A stretch of 63,431 nucleotides of DNA, the filler included, from Welwitschia mirabilis (lineage: Eukaryota), in the NCBI GenBank assembly GCA_051453625.1. It is 9 parts of one record of this genome, joined end to end, with 100 filler letters (N's around TTAATTAATTAA, not from the genome) between each part and the next. Parts side by side here need not be neighbours in the genome. Positions count along the whole stretch, not along the records: positions 1 to 14,904 come from JBOZIK010000001.1; 8 more parts are not named here. One strand, given 5' to 3'. Below the pieces are notes generated by a model. That model did no database searches. It was not told where the DNA came from and saw only the letters and a program-made list of their open reading frames with translations. The translations under genes and the position numbers were made by a program. Below are positions 1-13,600 of the stretch, piece after piece. Each line of letters starts with the position of its first letter. Position 1 is the first letter of the stretch.

Positions 1-815
1 AAAGAAAAACAAATTAGAATTGATTTATTTTGATGTGTGTGGGCCTATGAATACTACTTCTATTAGTGGCTCCCTTTATTTTGTTACTTTTATTAACAAT
101 TGCTCTAGGAAAGTTTGGGTTTACCCTCTCAAGTACAAAGATGAAGTCTTTGGTGTTTTCAAGTCTCTTATTGCTAAGGTTGAAACTCAAACAAGTCTTA
201 GAGTGTTTGCTAACTGACAATGGAAGGGAGTACACCTCCAAGGCCTTTGGTGAATATTGCAAAAAAAAGGAATACATCACATTTATACTCCTCTAACTAC
301 AGCACAGGAAAATGGTGTCGTTGAGAGATGCAACAGAACATTGCTAGAATGTGCTAGATCCATGGCTATAGCTACATGTTTGTAGAAGGTTTCTTGGGCA
401 GAGACAGTGGTAACAACTACATCTCTGGTGAACAAGTCTCCTCGGTCCTCTTTTAGCAATGGAGTTCTAGAGATTCTTTGGACCGGTAAAAATGTTTCTT
501 ACAAGCATTTAAGAGTTTTCAAGTGTGAAGACTACATGCACATTCAAAAGGAGAACAGGACAAAATTGCAAGATAGAGCCAAATGGTGTATATTTATTAG
601 ATATGGTGAAGATGCTCTTGGTTATAGACGATGGGATCCTGAGGCAAAATGAGTTGTTGGGTTTCGTGATTTTAAATTTAGAGCACAGGTAATGTTCCAT
701 GGCCATCAGGATGGGAATCAGGATGGGAAGAGCAATTGGAACAGGATGAATCACCTCTTTTGGCACCACATTGGGTGACATGTACAACTAGAGCTACACG
801 TCCACCAGACAGGTA
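1..815 (+). mobile_element. Degenerate Ty1/copia integrase region, interrupted at 816 by another copia element
   Basis: Translates, with frameshifts and stops, to LELIYFDVCGP...YFVTFINNCSRKVWVY...TDNGREY...QENGVVERCNRTL...KWCIFIRYG...GYR...RATRPPDRY. Confidence 0.92.
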
Positions 816-3800
816 TGTTAGAAAATGCAGCAGAGTAAAAGCAAAATGCAAACATCAACACATCAGATTTACATGGAAAACCCCAATGTTGGGAAAAGCC
901 ACGGAAGCAATGCAGAGCTCTCTATCAGAATGAAGAAGACAAGGACACAAGTCGTACTTACTAGCCAATATTGCAACTCTTGACTCGCACACACCTTATG
1001 GCATTCCATGCCTTTATTTCCTTTATATAGATTTTCTTTGAAGGTAGCAACCCTAACCCTTAGACTTCCCTTCTCCCTGTAACATTAAATTACAACAAGA
1101 AGAGGACTATATAAAAATATATAAAGTCAAATTACAAAGTAATAAATAAGAACAAGAGATTTGGCTTTACTTACAACAATTCTTCCCCTTGAAGACAATC
1201 TGACAAGCCTCCAAGCAAACAAGAGAGATGCATTGCTTCAAATGCCCTTTACTCACGTTATTCCAACCCCAAGATTTTCTTTGCAAACGTTACTCTTGTC
1301 CATTGCCACTGCCGTTGTGAGTGCATCAGCAACATTTACCTTGGAATTTATTTTCTGTACATATACCAGCCTGTTTTCAATAATATCTCTTATAAAGTGG
1401 AATCAGATGTTAATGTGTTTTGTTCTTGCATGAAATGCTAAATTATTTGCCAACTGTATGGCACTTTGACTATCACAAAACACCTAATACTTCTTCTATT
1501 TCAACCCAAGGAAACCAAGAAACCTGCACAACCAAATCATTTCCTTACAAGCTTCTGTGAGAGCCACATATTCCGCCTCTATAGTGGACAAAGTCACTAT
1601 TAGTTGAAGACGAGACAGCCAGCTACCTACACCTCCACCAAAAGTAAAAGCATAACAGGTGGGGGNNNNNNNNNNNNNNNNNNNNNNNNNNNNNNNNNNN
1701 NNNNNNNNNNNNNNNNNNNNNNNNNNNNNNNNNNNNNNNNNNNNNNNNNNNNNNNNNNNNNNNNNNNNNNNNNNNNNNNNNNNNNNNNNNNNNNNNNNNN
1801 NNNNNNNNNNNNNNNNNNNNNNNNNNNNNNNNNNNNNNNNNNNNNNNNNNNNNNNNNNNNNNNNNNNNNNNNNNNNNNNNNNNNNNNNNNNNNNNNNNNN
1901 NNNNNNNNNNNNNNNNNNNNNNNNNNNNNNNNNNNNNNNNNNNNNNNNNNNNNNNNNNNNNNNNNNNNNNNNNNNNNNNNNNNNNNNNNNNNNNNNNNNN
2001 NNNNNNNNNNNNNNNNNNNNNNNNNNNNNNNNNNNNNNNNNNNNNNNNNNNNNNNNNNNNNNNNNNNNNNNNNNNNNNNNNNNNNNNNNNNNNNNNNNNN
2101 NNNNNNNNNNNNNNNNNNNNNNNNNNNNNNNNNNNNNNNNNNNNNNNNNNNNNNNNNNNNNNNNNNNNNNNNNNNNNNNNNNNNNNNNNNNNNNNNNNNN
2201 NNNNNNNNNNNNNNNNNNNNNNNNNNNNNNNNNNNNNNNNNNNNNNNNNNNNNNNNNNNNNNNNNNNNNNNNNNNNNNNNNNNNNNNNNNNNNNNNNNNN
2301 NNNNNNNNNNNNNNNNNNNNNNNNNNNNNNNNNNNNNNNNNNNNNNNNNNNNNNNNNNNNNNNNNNNNNNNNNNNNNNNNNNNNNNNNNNNNNNNNNNNN
2401 NNTTTGCAACATCTTCTTTTGAGCTGGGACAGTCCTTTCTAGACAACTGGAAGTGAGTAGCTAGAGGAGTACTCACAGGGTTTGCATCTTTCATGATAAA
2501 CTGTTCAAGCACTTTGCCAATATAGTCACTTTGGCTCAACCACAACATCTTCTACTTCCTGTCTTTGTGAATGCTCATTCCAAAAATTTTTTTTGCATGC
2601 CCCAAATCTTTCATCGCAAAATGCTTACCCATTTTCACCTTCAAGCGTTTTATTTCAGCCTCATCATTTCCTGTAATCAACATGTCGTCTACATACAACA
2701 ATAATATAACAAATTTACTTAAGATATTTCCAGAGAAAGAAACACAATGATCAAACTGACTTTTCTGATATGACAATTCCTTCATGAATGTATCGAATTT
2801 CTTATTACATTGTCTTGGGGCTTGTTTCAAATCATAAAGACTTTTGTTTAAACGGCAAACAAGATCAAAGTATTGCTTATTTACAAACCCTTCAGGCTGA
2901 TGCATATAAATCTCCTCCTCCAAATCACCATGTAAAAAGGCAGTTTCTATATCTAGCTATTCCAATTCTAAATCCACGCAGACAACAAAAGAAAGAACCA
3001 TATGAATAGAAGAACGCTTCACCACAAAAGAAAAAATCTCTGTAAAGTCAATACCTAGATTTTGAGTAGAACCTTTCACCACCAGCCTAGCCTTGTAACG
3101 CTTTTCTCCATTTGCTTCATTCTTCAACCTAAAAATCCAACTACTATGTAGGGCTTTACGCCCCTTAGGTAATTCCACCAAATCCCATGTATTATTTTGT
3201 TTTAACGATTTCCACTCATCCTCTATGGCTGCCTTCCACTTGACAGCATCAACACAAGCGTGAGCTTCTCTACTGTTTCTGGTTCTCCACAATCACTATA
3301 AAGAACATAATTCAATGAAGGAGAATACCTATCAGGTGGATGTGAAATNNNNNNNNNNNNNNNNNNNNNNNNNNNNNNNNNNNNNNNNNNNNNNNNNNNN
3401 NNNNNNNNNNNNNNNNNNNNNNNNNNNNNNNNNNNNNNNNNNNNNNNNCACAAGAGTGAGCTTCTCTGACTATTTCTGGTTCTCCACAATCACTATAAAG
3501 AACATAATTCAATGAAGGAGAATACCTACCAGGTGGATGTGAAATTCTGGTACATCTCCTTACCCAATGAGATGTATCCATGGGTAATTCCTCCTCTACC
3601 TATTCTTCATCCGAAGACATTTCATTATTGTCTGAAATTCCAGTTTCAGGGGCCTCCTCTTCTTGCTCCTCTTGCTTTTCATCTGATTCATCTTTCACCT
3701 TGCAAGACTAAGGCGAGGAGACAAAATCGTTCTCTGCTTGATTCTTGTCTTGCAAACTATAAAACATTACATGTTCTCTAAATTTGACATCTCGTAACCT

Positions 3801-4140
3801 CGCAATTCAGTTGGTCTAAGGATCTTGCAGTCTATAGCCTAGAGCATCCTCTCCATTGCCAATAAATATGCATCGTTTGGCTCTCTACTGCAATTTAGTT
3901 CTATTTTTCTTTTGGATATGCATGTAAGCTTCAAACCCAAAAACTATCAAATCCTGGTAGGAAACATTTTTATCTTTCCATAGAATTTCTAGAACACCAT
4001 TCAGAGAGGAATGGGGTGATCTATTCAACAAGTAAGCAGCTATCACCACTACTTCTACCCAAAAGAATTTGGATAAACCTGCACCTGCAACTATAGATTT
4101 GGTTCGTTCTAGCAGTGTCCTATTACATCGTTATAGCAGT
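816..4140 (-). mobile_element. Ty1/copia element, 3' half: integrase C-terminus, RT, RNase H, PPT and 3' LTR (816-1178)
   Basis: ORFs contain YKARLVVKG, LLYVDDML and LSTIEAEYVA. The LTR runs TGTTAG (816) to CAACA (1178) and is followed by the reverse PPT ttcttcccctt. Confidence 0.93.
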
Positions 4141-4214
4141 GTCCTATTGCACCTACCCAAAAGGATTTGGATAAACCTGCACCTGCAACGATAGATCTGG
4201 CATCGTTCCTAGCA

Positions 4215-4717
4215 ATGGAGAAGTATGACTTCTATAAAGAAAAACTTGGAATTGCCATAACTTAAGTAATGGACAGCAAAGGAACACTTTGAAGCAATGC
4301 ATCTCTTTTGATTCTTGAAGGCTGGATAGATTTGTCATTAAGGGGGAGAATTGTTGGAGTTGAACTCAAATCCTCTTTTCTATCTTCTATTTTTCCCTTA
4401 TTGTAGCACTTTCTTTGTAAAGCGTATTTCTCTTTTGTATTATAAAGTGAGAGGGGGCTATTTATAACGTCAATGTACAATTAGCGTTTTTAACCTAAAG
4501 TAAGCCTATTTAAGGGGAAGGCTCTTGAGGGAGGAGCAAGACACTAAGAACACTTTGGTTATTGAGGACGGCTTGTGCCCTTGGACTACTTTTCTTGAAA
4601 TATTAAGAGAGCTCTGCGCTACTTTCATGGTTTTTCCGCACATCGGGGTTTTTTATGTAAATTCCTGTGTGTTGTTTTGCTTCCTATTTCTCTTGTTTTT
4701 CGCTGCTATTCTTAACG
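4215..4717 (+). mobile_element. Ty1/copia RNase H tail, PPT and 3' LTR (4352-4717); probably the end of the element at 1-815
   Basis: PPT aagggggagaat is followed by TGTTGG. The LTR is about 366 bp and resembles the reverse complement of LTR 816-1178 (ggggtttt..atgtaaa..tg.tgtgttg..gctgc..tt.taac). Confidence 0.85.
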
Positions 4718-4723
4718 ACACAT

Positions 4724-5033
4724 TATTAGGCCCATTACCATCAAACCAAAAGCCATGACAAGCGGAAATTAGATCCCCTTATATTTACCCACTCGTCGGG
4801 CTAGGCATGGGGAGCGCATACCCAACAATCTCCCCCTCGAGCCATCTGCCAAGTGCTCACATGAACAGGGACGCCACNNNNNNNNNNNNNNNNACACCAA
4901 AAGCCATAACCATTGCTCTGATACCAATTATTAGGCCCATTACCATCACACCAAAAGCCATGACTTAGGTGAAAATTAGAACCTTTGTATTTACCCACTT
5001 GTTGGGTTGGGCATGGGGAGTGCATACCCAACA
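4724..5033 (-). mobile_element. Complete TRIM (terminal-repeat retrotransposon in miniature)
   Basis: Direct repeats at 4724-4827 and 4929-5033 (about 104 bp). tRNA-iMet PBS gctctgatacca ends at 4926; reverse PPT tctccccct lies near 4829. Flanks cacat/cagat give a 4/5 TSD. Confidence 0.92.
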
Positions 5034-5559
5034 CAGATCACAAATCGGCTTCAAACTGAGCATAAATCGCCAACATTTGCATAAAATTAGGCAAAAAAAA
5101 GGAGAATAAATTTTAAAAAATATAATTGCAATTGGAAATGAAAACATGCATAAAAAAGCATCTAGAAAAAAATATAGGAGAACCCATAACATAAGTAGAT
5201 ATCATAATAAAAAAATTTCCACCAAAACACAATCACGAAATGCACTATGTCATTAACATTTAGCCATATCATGAACAATATCCATCGCAGTTTAACACTA
5301 CATATTTCCATCTAGCCATATAATAATCTATGAGAATCAAAACTAAAGATATTCACAACAACAAAATCCATTATAGTCTAATACTATATATAACCATAAA
5401 ATAAACTATGGGAAACAAAACATAATGTTTGGGACTCAAGCATGTACACCATACACTATCGACTAAACACATGATCAAGTACATAAGTGCTCAAGATCCA
5501 AATATATGCTAGTAGGCATGACTGAGTCCAACCAAGGATAAAAATCCCCTGACATTGAA

Positions 5560-8500
5560 CACCTGCTCACTTATTAGGGCATCCTTATCCACAACCACGT
5601 GAGGTATTGGTGTTAGGAACAGTTAACTAAATGTCTTGATATTTCTCTAGGTTGTCATCAACATCTAGCCTCTGTAACAGCATATTTCTCCAATTGAACG
5701 TCAAAATGCCCAACATGAGCAGAACCATGATCCCCACCCTCTACATCTTCATTCCCCTCCTCTATCATAGAGTCCAAATGTGAGGAAACTATGTGAGCAT
5801 GAATAGTATGAGTCTATGCAGAGGTACTACCAGCAAAAATGGGCTTTGTGCCCCCAACAACATTGATGGCAAGAACCCCAATAGAAACAATCACTCAATT
5901 AGTAAGAAGGGCTACAATAGGGAGCTCAACATCTAGGTATTGCATGCCATAAACATCGAAATCAGGCTAAGAAAATAAGCTACTACATAAAAATTAGTTT
6001 GCATCATTTTGTCGCATCATCTTTTAAGGATAGACTTAGCTTATGCAACTCACCTAGGAAATCCTAGACATTGTAAGATATGTTTGACCTTTGACAATAT
6101 TCTACATTACCCCCTTAGGACGCTCATAACCTCATGCTTGCTAATAACATGTTTACCAGCATCACAAATCCTCAGCAAGGCTACAAGAGGTGTCGTTATC
6201 TAATACACTTCAAGTTTAAAAGGTAAATTTGAATTAAAACAAAAGCATATAACATTTCAATTTCACAAAGAAATTTAGGAACATAAATTTAGTTTCAAAA
6301 GGATGCCAATAGTAAACCAGAATGCCTTCAAAGACTTTAAACTTCTCTCAGTCCTTGCGTATCATCAAAAATAATCCTTTTACAAGAACCCCCTCCCAGT
6401 GAGTCATGCAAATGAGCATAAGAAGGATTTGTAGACACCCTCAAATCATTTATAAACATCTTCATCAAGGATGCCTTATGTTGCAAAAAACTTTGCGACA
6501 TAATAAAGTTGGTGCCAAACGTGGCACACTAGAACAAGCCAATTCCCTACCTTTAGGGTATGTCTTAAATAAAACATTTGCCTGCATTGTATATTTAAAC
6601 TTTAAAGAATGAGTTAATCATTTAAATTTAAAGGGAAAACAAAATTCCATGGAAAAATAAAAATGGGCTCTATGTAATTATGTTAGGTACTTAGATTCAT
6701 AGAAGGATTTCATGGCATTACCCTTACTAGTCAAATCCATAGTAGTTGCCCTTATAGTTGTAAAATGTGGATCAGATTGCAGATTGTTGTTTTGATTTGG
6801 AGATCTTGGATTCCCAGATCACTGTGTAGCATTTTGTGGATCGTTGTGGATTACCAACATGGAAAAACCTTAAAGCTGAATTTAAAACTTGATGAAATCA
6901 ATCTAATCTTTAATTCAAATAAAAAATAGGAACTTTTAAAATTTCTTCCTACTTATCGTTTAGTTTACATCTACTTAAGAAAGTCAAAATATTCCATGTA
7001 TGTTGGGTTTGAACATCAAGAAATACCAAATCTCTCTGAATCCTAGATCTCTTTGGACCTTTGTAGATCTCTTACATAAATCTCTTTAAATCATACTAGT
7101 ACAGATTGAATCAGGGCAATTCCGAATTGCACTTTGTTTGAAGCTAATCCTGATTAGTTTTGGATCATGCTTCCAAAAGAATCGCACTTTGCCCTTTGAA
7201 GATCGTGATCCGGGAGCAGATCGTAATCTGTGTGATTCTAGACTCTGCAGATAATNNNNNNNNNNNNNNNNNNNNNNNNNNNNNNNNNNNNNNNNNNNNN
7301 NNNNNNNNNNNNNNNNNNNNNNNNNNNNNNNNNNNNNNNNNNNNNNNNNNNNNNNNNNNNNNNNNNNNNNNNNNNNNNNNNNNNNNNNNNNNNNNNNNNN
7401 NNNNNNNNNNNNNNNNNNNNNNNNNNNNNNNNNNNNNNNNNNNNNNNNNNNNNNNNNNNNNNNNNNNNNNNNNNNNNNNNNNNNNNNNNNNNNNNNNNNN
7501 NNNNNNNNNNNNNNNNNNNNNNNNNNNNNNNNNNNNNNNNNNNNNNNNNNNNNNNNNNNNNNNNNNNNNNNNNNNNNNNNNNNNNNNNNNNNNNNNNNNN
7601 NNNNNNNNNNNNNNNNNNNNNNNNNNNNNNNNNNNNNNNNAGATAATTCATTTAAAAAAATAAATAGTGCACTTCAAAAACAAGATTTTCAATGTGTTGT
7701 TCTCAATTGTACAGTGTTCCAGTACTAAAGAGGTTTGAAATGTCATTGAAGAAGCTTGACAAAAGGATTTCTTGGATCAAAATCATTCTCTATTGAACTC
7801 CAATGCCGTTCATCATAGTTATTCTGACTTCCCGAGTATGCTTGTATTAGAAAAACGATTTCTTTTAACAAAATCCATTCTTTGATTGAACAAAACTTCG
7901 ATTTTGTTCTTCAATTGAACAACAGTGTAAAACATTCTCCTAGGCTTCATGTGTGGTACTTAGATTATCCTTAAACGCTTTCTAAAAATGAATATTTCTT
8001 CATATCATTAGGGCTTTGTGCTTTGTGATATGAATTGTTGGGATGAATTTTTTTCCTTTCAAATAATAGCATTATTTCAAAGAGAATATAACAACGATGA
8101 TAAATTGATATTATATGTATATGTAAACAATCTAGATTTTATATTTGGATTTTTTATTCTTACTTAACAATAATAAATCTGAAATAGGTTGGTTGGTAAA
8201 TATTAAGCATTTATTAGGTTTGATCTTTGAGACCTAAGATACTCAAGATTGTTTTTTGAGATTATTTTATGGCTTAATGGATAAATATCTTTATGAACCT
8301 TAGCAACCTTTTTATCTTCATGTAACTTCTACTCTATTTTTATGCATTTTCAGTTTTTACTTTTTACCATGATGTAAAAGTATAATACCAACCATAACTT
8401 CATTTAAGCTTAAAATGGTTCCTAGAGTAACTGCCAGTTAGCCAGAAATGGATCCTTCTGATATTGAGTTTCTTGAGACAACCATTGTGCAAAAGCAAGC

Positions 8501-10608
8501 AATTGTAGCCCAAGAAGTAAGGCTTAATCAAAGGGCCAAGCCTCGACCTTGTGTAGGAAAAGCATCTAGGTGAAGATGATTTGATGATGATGAAAATCTT
8601 TGTTATCCACTATTTGCATTTCATTCTTTTTTGAATTCACCATGTACTTGAGAACTTGGATTGGTTGGATGTATTTGAGATGATAATTTATAATTTGCAA
8701 GTTTGCATTTTTAAATTTGTGTTCGCATGGTATGGCACTCATGTGGTTGAAGGCTTGAAGCTTTAAGTAATAGTCTAATACAATTCTTAATTACCTATAT
8801 GTGTGCTTTGCAAATAAATCATAATATTGAAAATTGAAATTACAGTTTTTCGTCTTACATGTTATTGTCATCACGATTGCAAGGATGTCTTTAAAAATTA
8901 AAATATGTTTATTTTTCATTTTTTTAATATTTGTGATCCAAAGCAACCCAAATCCACTCCAAAGAAATCCTATGATCCATAATCTCCAAAACCAAAAAGC
9001 AATCCCTGATCCACTCCAGTCTGTGCAAGTTTGCTTTAAATCATTGCAAGTCACTTCAAATCGTTGTAGAGTGGATTGCAATTCAGAGCCTTCGAATTGT
9101 GATCAAGAAGGAATCGCAATCCAAAACCAATTTAGAGCATTTTTCCCCCACATTGAGATCCAAATCACCCCAGATCATGATTTGAATCTGCATTTCACAA
9201 CTATGGCTTCCCTATATCCTCTATTAGCAAGTCTAGGTAGTGTGCAACAAACAGAAAGCAATTTATATGTGGATAATGGCATTGTAATATTCGCCCAGCA
9301 AAGACAAACGCACTTGCATTAACCATAACAATCTGCAAATCAAGTAAAGGGAAATTAATTAAATCAAAAGCATATGACCTCATTTTCATATATGTTGTTC
9401 CACAACAATTTCTAGTAATCCAGTTGCACACAACCAAGAGGGAGANNNNNNNNNNNNNNNNNNNNNNNNNNNNNNNNNNNNNNNNNNNNNNNNNNNNNNN
9501 NNNNNNNNNNNNNNNNNNNNNNNNNNNNNNNNNNNNNNNNNNNNNNNNNNNNNNNNNNNNNNNNNNNNNNNNNNNNNNNNNNNNNNNNNNNNNNNNNNNN
9601 NNNNNNNNNNNNNNNNNNNNNNNNNNNNNNNNNNNNNNNNNNNNNNNNNNNNNNNNNNNNNNNNNNNNNNNNNNNNNNNNNNNNNNNNNNNNNNNNNNNN
9701 NNNNNNNNNNNNNNNNNNNNNNNNNNNNNNNNNNNNNNNNNNNNNNNNNNNNNNNNNNNNNNNNNNNNNNNNNNNNNNNNNNNNNNNNNNNNNNNNNNNN
9801 NNNNNNNNNNNNNNNNNNNNNNNNNNNNNNNNNNNNNNNNNNNNNNNNNNNNNNNNNNNNNNNNNNNNNNNNNNNNNNNNNNNNNNNNNNNNNNNNNNNN
9901 NNNNNNNNNNNNNNNNNNNNNNNNNNNNNNNNNNNNNNNNNNNNNNNNNNNNNNNNNNNNNNNNNNNNNNNNNNNNNNNNNNNNNNNNNNNNNNNNNNNN
10001 NNNNNNNNNNNNNNNNNNNNNNNNNNNNNNNNNNNNNNNNNNNNNNNNNNNNNNNNNNAAGAAGGAAATGCAAGAAGAGGTTTGGAACTATACAAGAAAT
10101 ATGCAAAATCTAACTAGACCATACAAAGATGCAAGAATTTAAGACCATGCACGATTCAAGAAATGAAACAACATCATACAGGAAATAAAATGAAAGCCTA
10201 AATATCCTGGGCCCAATTGTTATCTAACTTCCTTAAATAATCCATGCATAAGGTTGGTATCCTTATCCCCACCTATGGCATCAACTAATTTCAAAAATAA
10301 TATGCCAACTAATGACCCAACGAAAACCTTAATTAAAGACTTGTTTCCATTAGTCCAACCATCTATCATGACAAAGCAACCAAGGTTTTCTCTCACATCA
10401 CAGTAGTGTGCAAGAGAATTCTTACATTATGACTCTATCCAATAGCTAACGTCTTTCCTACAAAAATATGACATGAAAGAAATGCATGTTAAGAAACAAC
10501 TTTTCAAAAGAAGATAGTATAAGATATGCAATAGAAAACCTTAGTTTTCCAACTTCGATTGCCTCGTCGTATGATGCAGCTTTCAGGCCTTTTTCCAAAG
10601 TTGTCGCT
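5560..10608 (-). pseudogene. hAT transposase pseudogene (DUF659-type), split by a nested hAT element at 6753-9205
   Basis: Minus-strand fragments: KGLKAASYDE (~10570); GCFVMIDGWTNGNKSLIKVFV...FLKLVDA (~10280-10390); NASAFVFAGRIL...AHYLDLLIEDIGK (9206-9330); KGRELACS..RFGTNFIM..SFLQHK (6460-6570); acidic tail near 5750. Confidence 0.85.
6753..9205. mobile_element. Non-autonomous hAT element with TIRs and a degenerate 8-bp TSD
   Basis: Left end tatagttgtaaaatgtggatc; right end gaatctgcatttcacaactatg (inverted). Flanks gttgccct/gcttccct match 6/8. Both subterminal regions are rich in GATC/GATT/AATC motifs. Confidence 0.85.
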
Positions 10609-13600
10609 TGGTTGTTTGCTATCCATCTAATGCTGCCACTAGCCGTTTGCCTCAAATGTTTGATGCAATGATTACTATGGTTAAAGGATTTAGAGCTTCC
10701 ACAGTACCCGAATTGCAAGGTAGCTAACTTGATGATTGTGTAAAGAATGTTAGTGGCCTTGTTGCAAAGCACTAGATAAGAAACATTCAAACTTCAAGCA
10801 TAATTTAATATTTTTAACTAATAATTAATTTATTGTAAATTATGTTTGTCTTAGGTCATATGGGAAAAATATGGGTGTACTATTGTGGTTGATGAACAGA
10901 CAACAAAAAGAAGAAGAACACAAATCAAATTCCTAGTTGTATCACTGAAGGGACATTATATATATGCTCTGTAGATGCTTTTGAACATGTTAGAAGACCT
11001 GATTATTCATTCTCCTTATTTGAGAAAATATTCGATTTTGTAGGAGCTCAACATGTTGTCCGATTCATCAGAGACAGTGCAGCAAATCTTATAAAGGATG
11101 GGGCAAAATTGATGAGAAAGTACTCAAAAATTTATTGTACCCCATAGGCTACCCATTGTGTCTATTTTTTGTTAGAGGATTTGCCAAAAATGGAGCCTTT
11201 AGAAAAGCATGATGGTATGAATATTAAAAATTAGAAATTGAAATATTGAATATTAACATTGGAAAAATTGTTGAAGTTGTAGGTTGCAGATGGTGCTCAA
11301 AAGATTGGGAAATTCATTTATAACCACAGCCTTATGCTGAGCCTTGTTAGAAGGCATACAGAAGGCAAAGATCTTGTTAACACTTGCACCTATAACATTT
11401 GCCACACATTTTTTTACAATGAAGATCCTGCAGTCCCATCGGCTTGCAAAGATTTAAATCTAACAATTGGACACATGGTGAGGATATCTCTACATATCGC
11501 AATTCTACTGATGGAATTCCAGTTGTTGAACTGGTGCACAATAATAACTTTAAGGCCAAAGTTGCTGAAGCAGTAAAGGTAAAATAGAATTTCATGTTTC
11601 AACCTTGTTTTGAACTTATGTTATTTCATTCTTCGAGTTATCATTTTCAATTTTGTGATTTTGTCCCTAACTCCCTATTGCAAGTTGCTAAGACTTTAGT
11701 TCATGTTCTCTGCTTATTGATCGAGATAATTGCTCAATGTGAAAGCTCTATGAGGGAATGGATCTTGCCAAAAAGGCCATTGAAATTTTTTTATGAAAAT
11801 GATAGCGTAAGATATAAGCCTTTATGGGGCTTGATAGATAGACAGTGGAATAAGCAACTTCACTGACCCCTGCATGTAGCATCTTACCATTTGAAACCTC
11901 GTTTTATTCATGCAACAAAGGATATTAAGTTTCAAGTAGATAAAGAGGTAAACGTGGGATTCCTTGATGCCTTATGAAGGCTAGTTCTGAATGAGGAACA
12001 AGAAGATATCATTTGGGAGCAACATTGTAGATTTGCTATAGGTGAAGGGGCTTTATTTAGTAAGCCCATTAAACATAGAAAGTTACCTTATTAGCAAATA
12101 TGTTTAATTAGTTAATTATTAATATGTTATGTAGTCTATACTTCATGGTTTATCATAAATAATGAGCTTTTATTCTTATTCTTAACATTTTATGCAACCT
12201 AATGGTGGGAGGGGCAAGGAGATAATATCCCTAATCTTAAAAAGCCTGCAATCAAAATTTTGAGTCAATCTTGTAGCGCATTTGGATGCATAAGGCTAAC
12301 CATGCAGAGTTTGGATAAACAGGTATATCTATATTACACTTTGAATAATAGACTCAAAAGCCCTTCCCCAAAAATGAGATTGCAAATCTTGATGCACTGA
12401 TTGATCTTACTGATGATCAGAAGAAAATATCAAGTGTCATGAACTGGATATTTGAGCCACATTCACAATCACAACCATTATCCACCATAGAGGTAGAGCA
12501 TCATGAATTAAATTGTAGTCTTGCACATCCATATCACCACATTAGCAGTGTTAGATCTTTTGCAATTGAGCCAGATCGTACAGCTTCTGATATTAAGGAA
12601 TTTCAGATGGTTGTGGAGGAAGAAGCTAGNNNNNNNNNNNNNNNNNNNNNNNNNNNNNNNNNNNNNNNNNNNNNNNNNNNNNNNNNNNNNNNNNNNNNNN
12701 NNNNNNNNNNNNNNNNNNNNNNNNNNNNNNNNNNNNNNNNNNNNNNNNNNNNNNNNNNNNNNNNNNNNNNNNNNNNNNNNNNNNNNNNNNNNNNNNNNNN
12801 NNNNNNNNNNNNNNNNNNNNNNNNNNNNNNNNNNNNNNNNNNNNNNNNNNNNNNNNNNNNNNNNNNNNNNNNNNNNNNNNNNNNNNNNNNNNNNNNNNNN
12901 NNNNNNNNNNNNNNNNNNNNNNNNNNNNNNNNNNNNNNNNNNNNNNNNNNNNNNNNNNNNNNNNNNNNNNNNNNNNNNNNNNNNNNNNNNNNNNNNNNNN
13001 NNNNNNNNNNNNNNNNNNNNNNNNNNNNNNNNNNNNNNNNNNNNNNNNNNNNNNNNNNNNNNNNNNNNNNNNNNNNNNNNNNNNNNNNNNNNNNNNNNNN
13101 NNNNNNNNNNNNNNNNNNNNNNNNNNNNNNNNNNNNNNNNNNNNNNNNNNNNNNNNNNNNNNNNNNNNNNNNNNNNNNNNNNNNNNNNNNNNNNNNNNNN
13201 NNNNNNNNNNNNNNNNNNNNNNNNNNNNNNNNNNNNNNNNNNNNNNNNNNNNNNNNNNNNNNNNNNNNNNNNNNNNNNNNNNNNNNNNNNNNNNNNNNNN
13301 NNNNNNNNNNNNNNNNNNNNNNNNNNNNNNNNNNNNNNNNNNNNNNNNNNNNNNNNNNNNNNNNNNNNTTCTGATATTAAGGAATTTGAGATGGTTGTGG
13401 AGGAAGAAGCTAGGCAATCTAAATTACCGACCTTCAAACTTTTGGAGGAAAGAGCTCCGGACATCACTGATCTATGATTTCTCTTCATTTCCTTTGGGCT
13501 TTTTTGTAGCTACCACCTTTGTGATTTATAGTTTATACTTTGTAGTCCCTAACTGTGACTTTATCCTATCTTACCTATGATCTCACTATTCTATCTTGTG

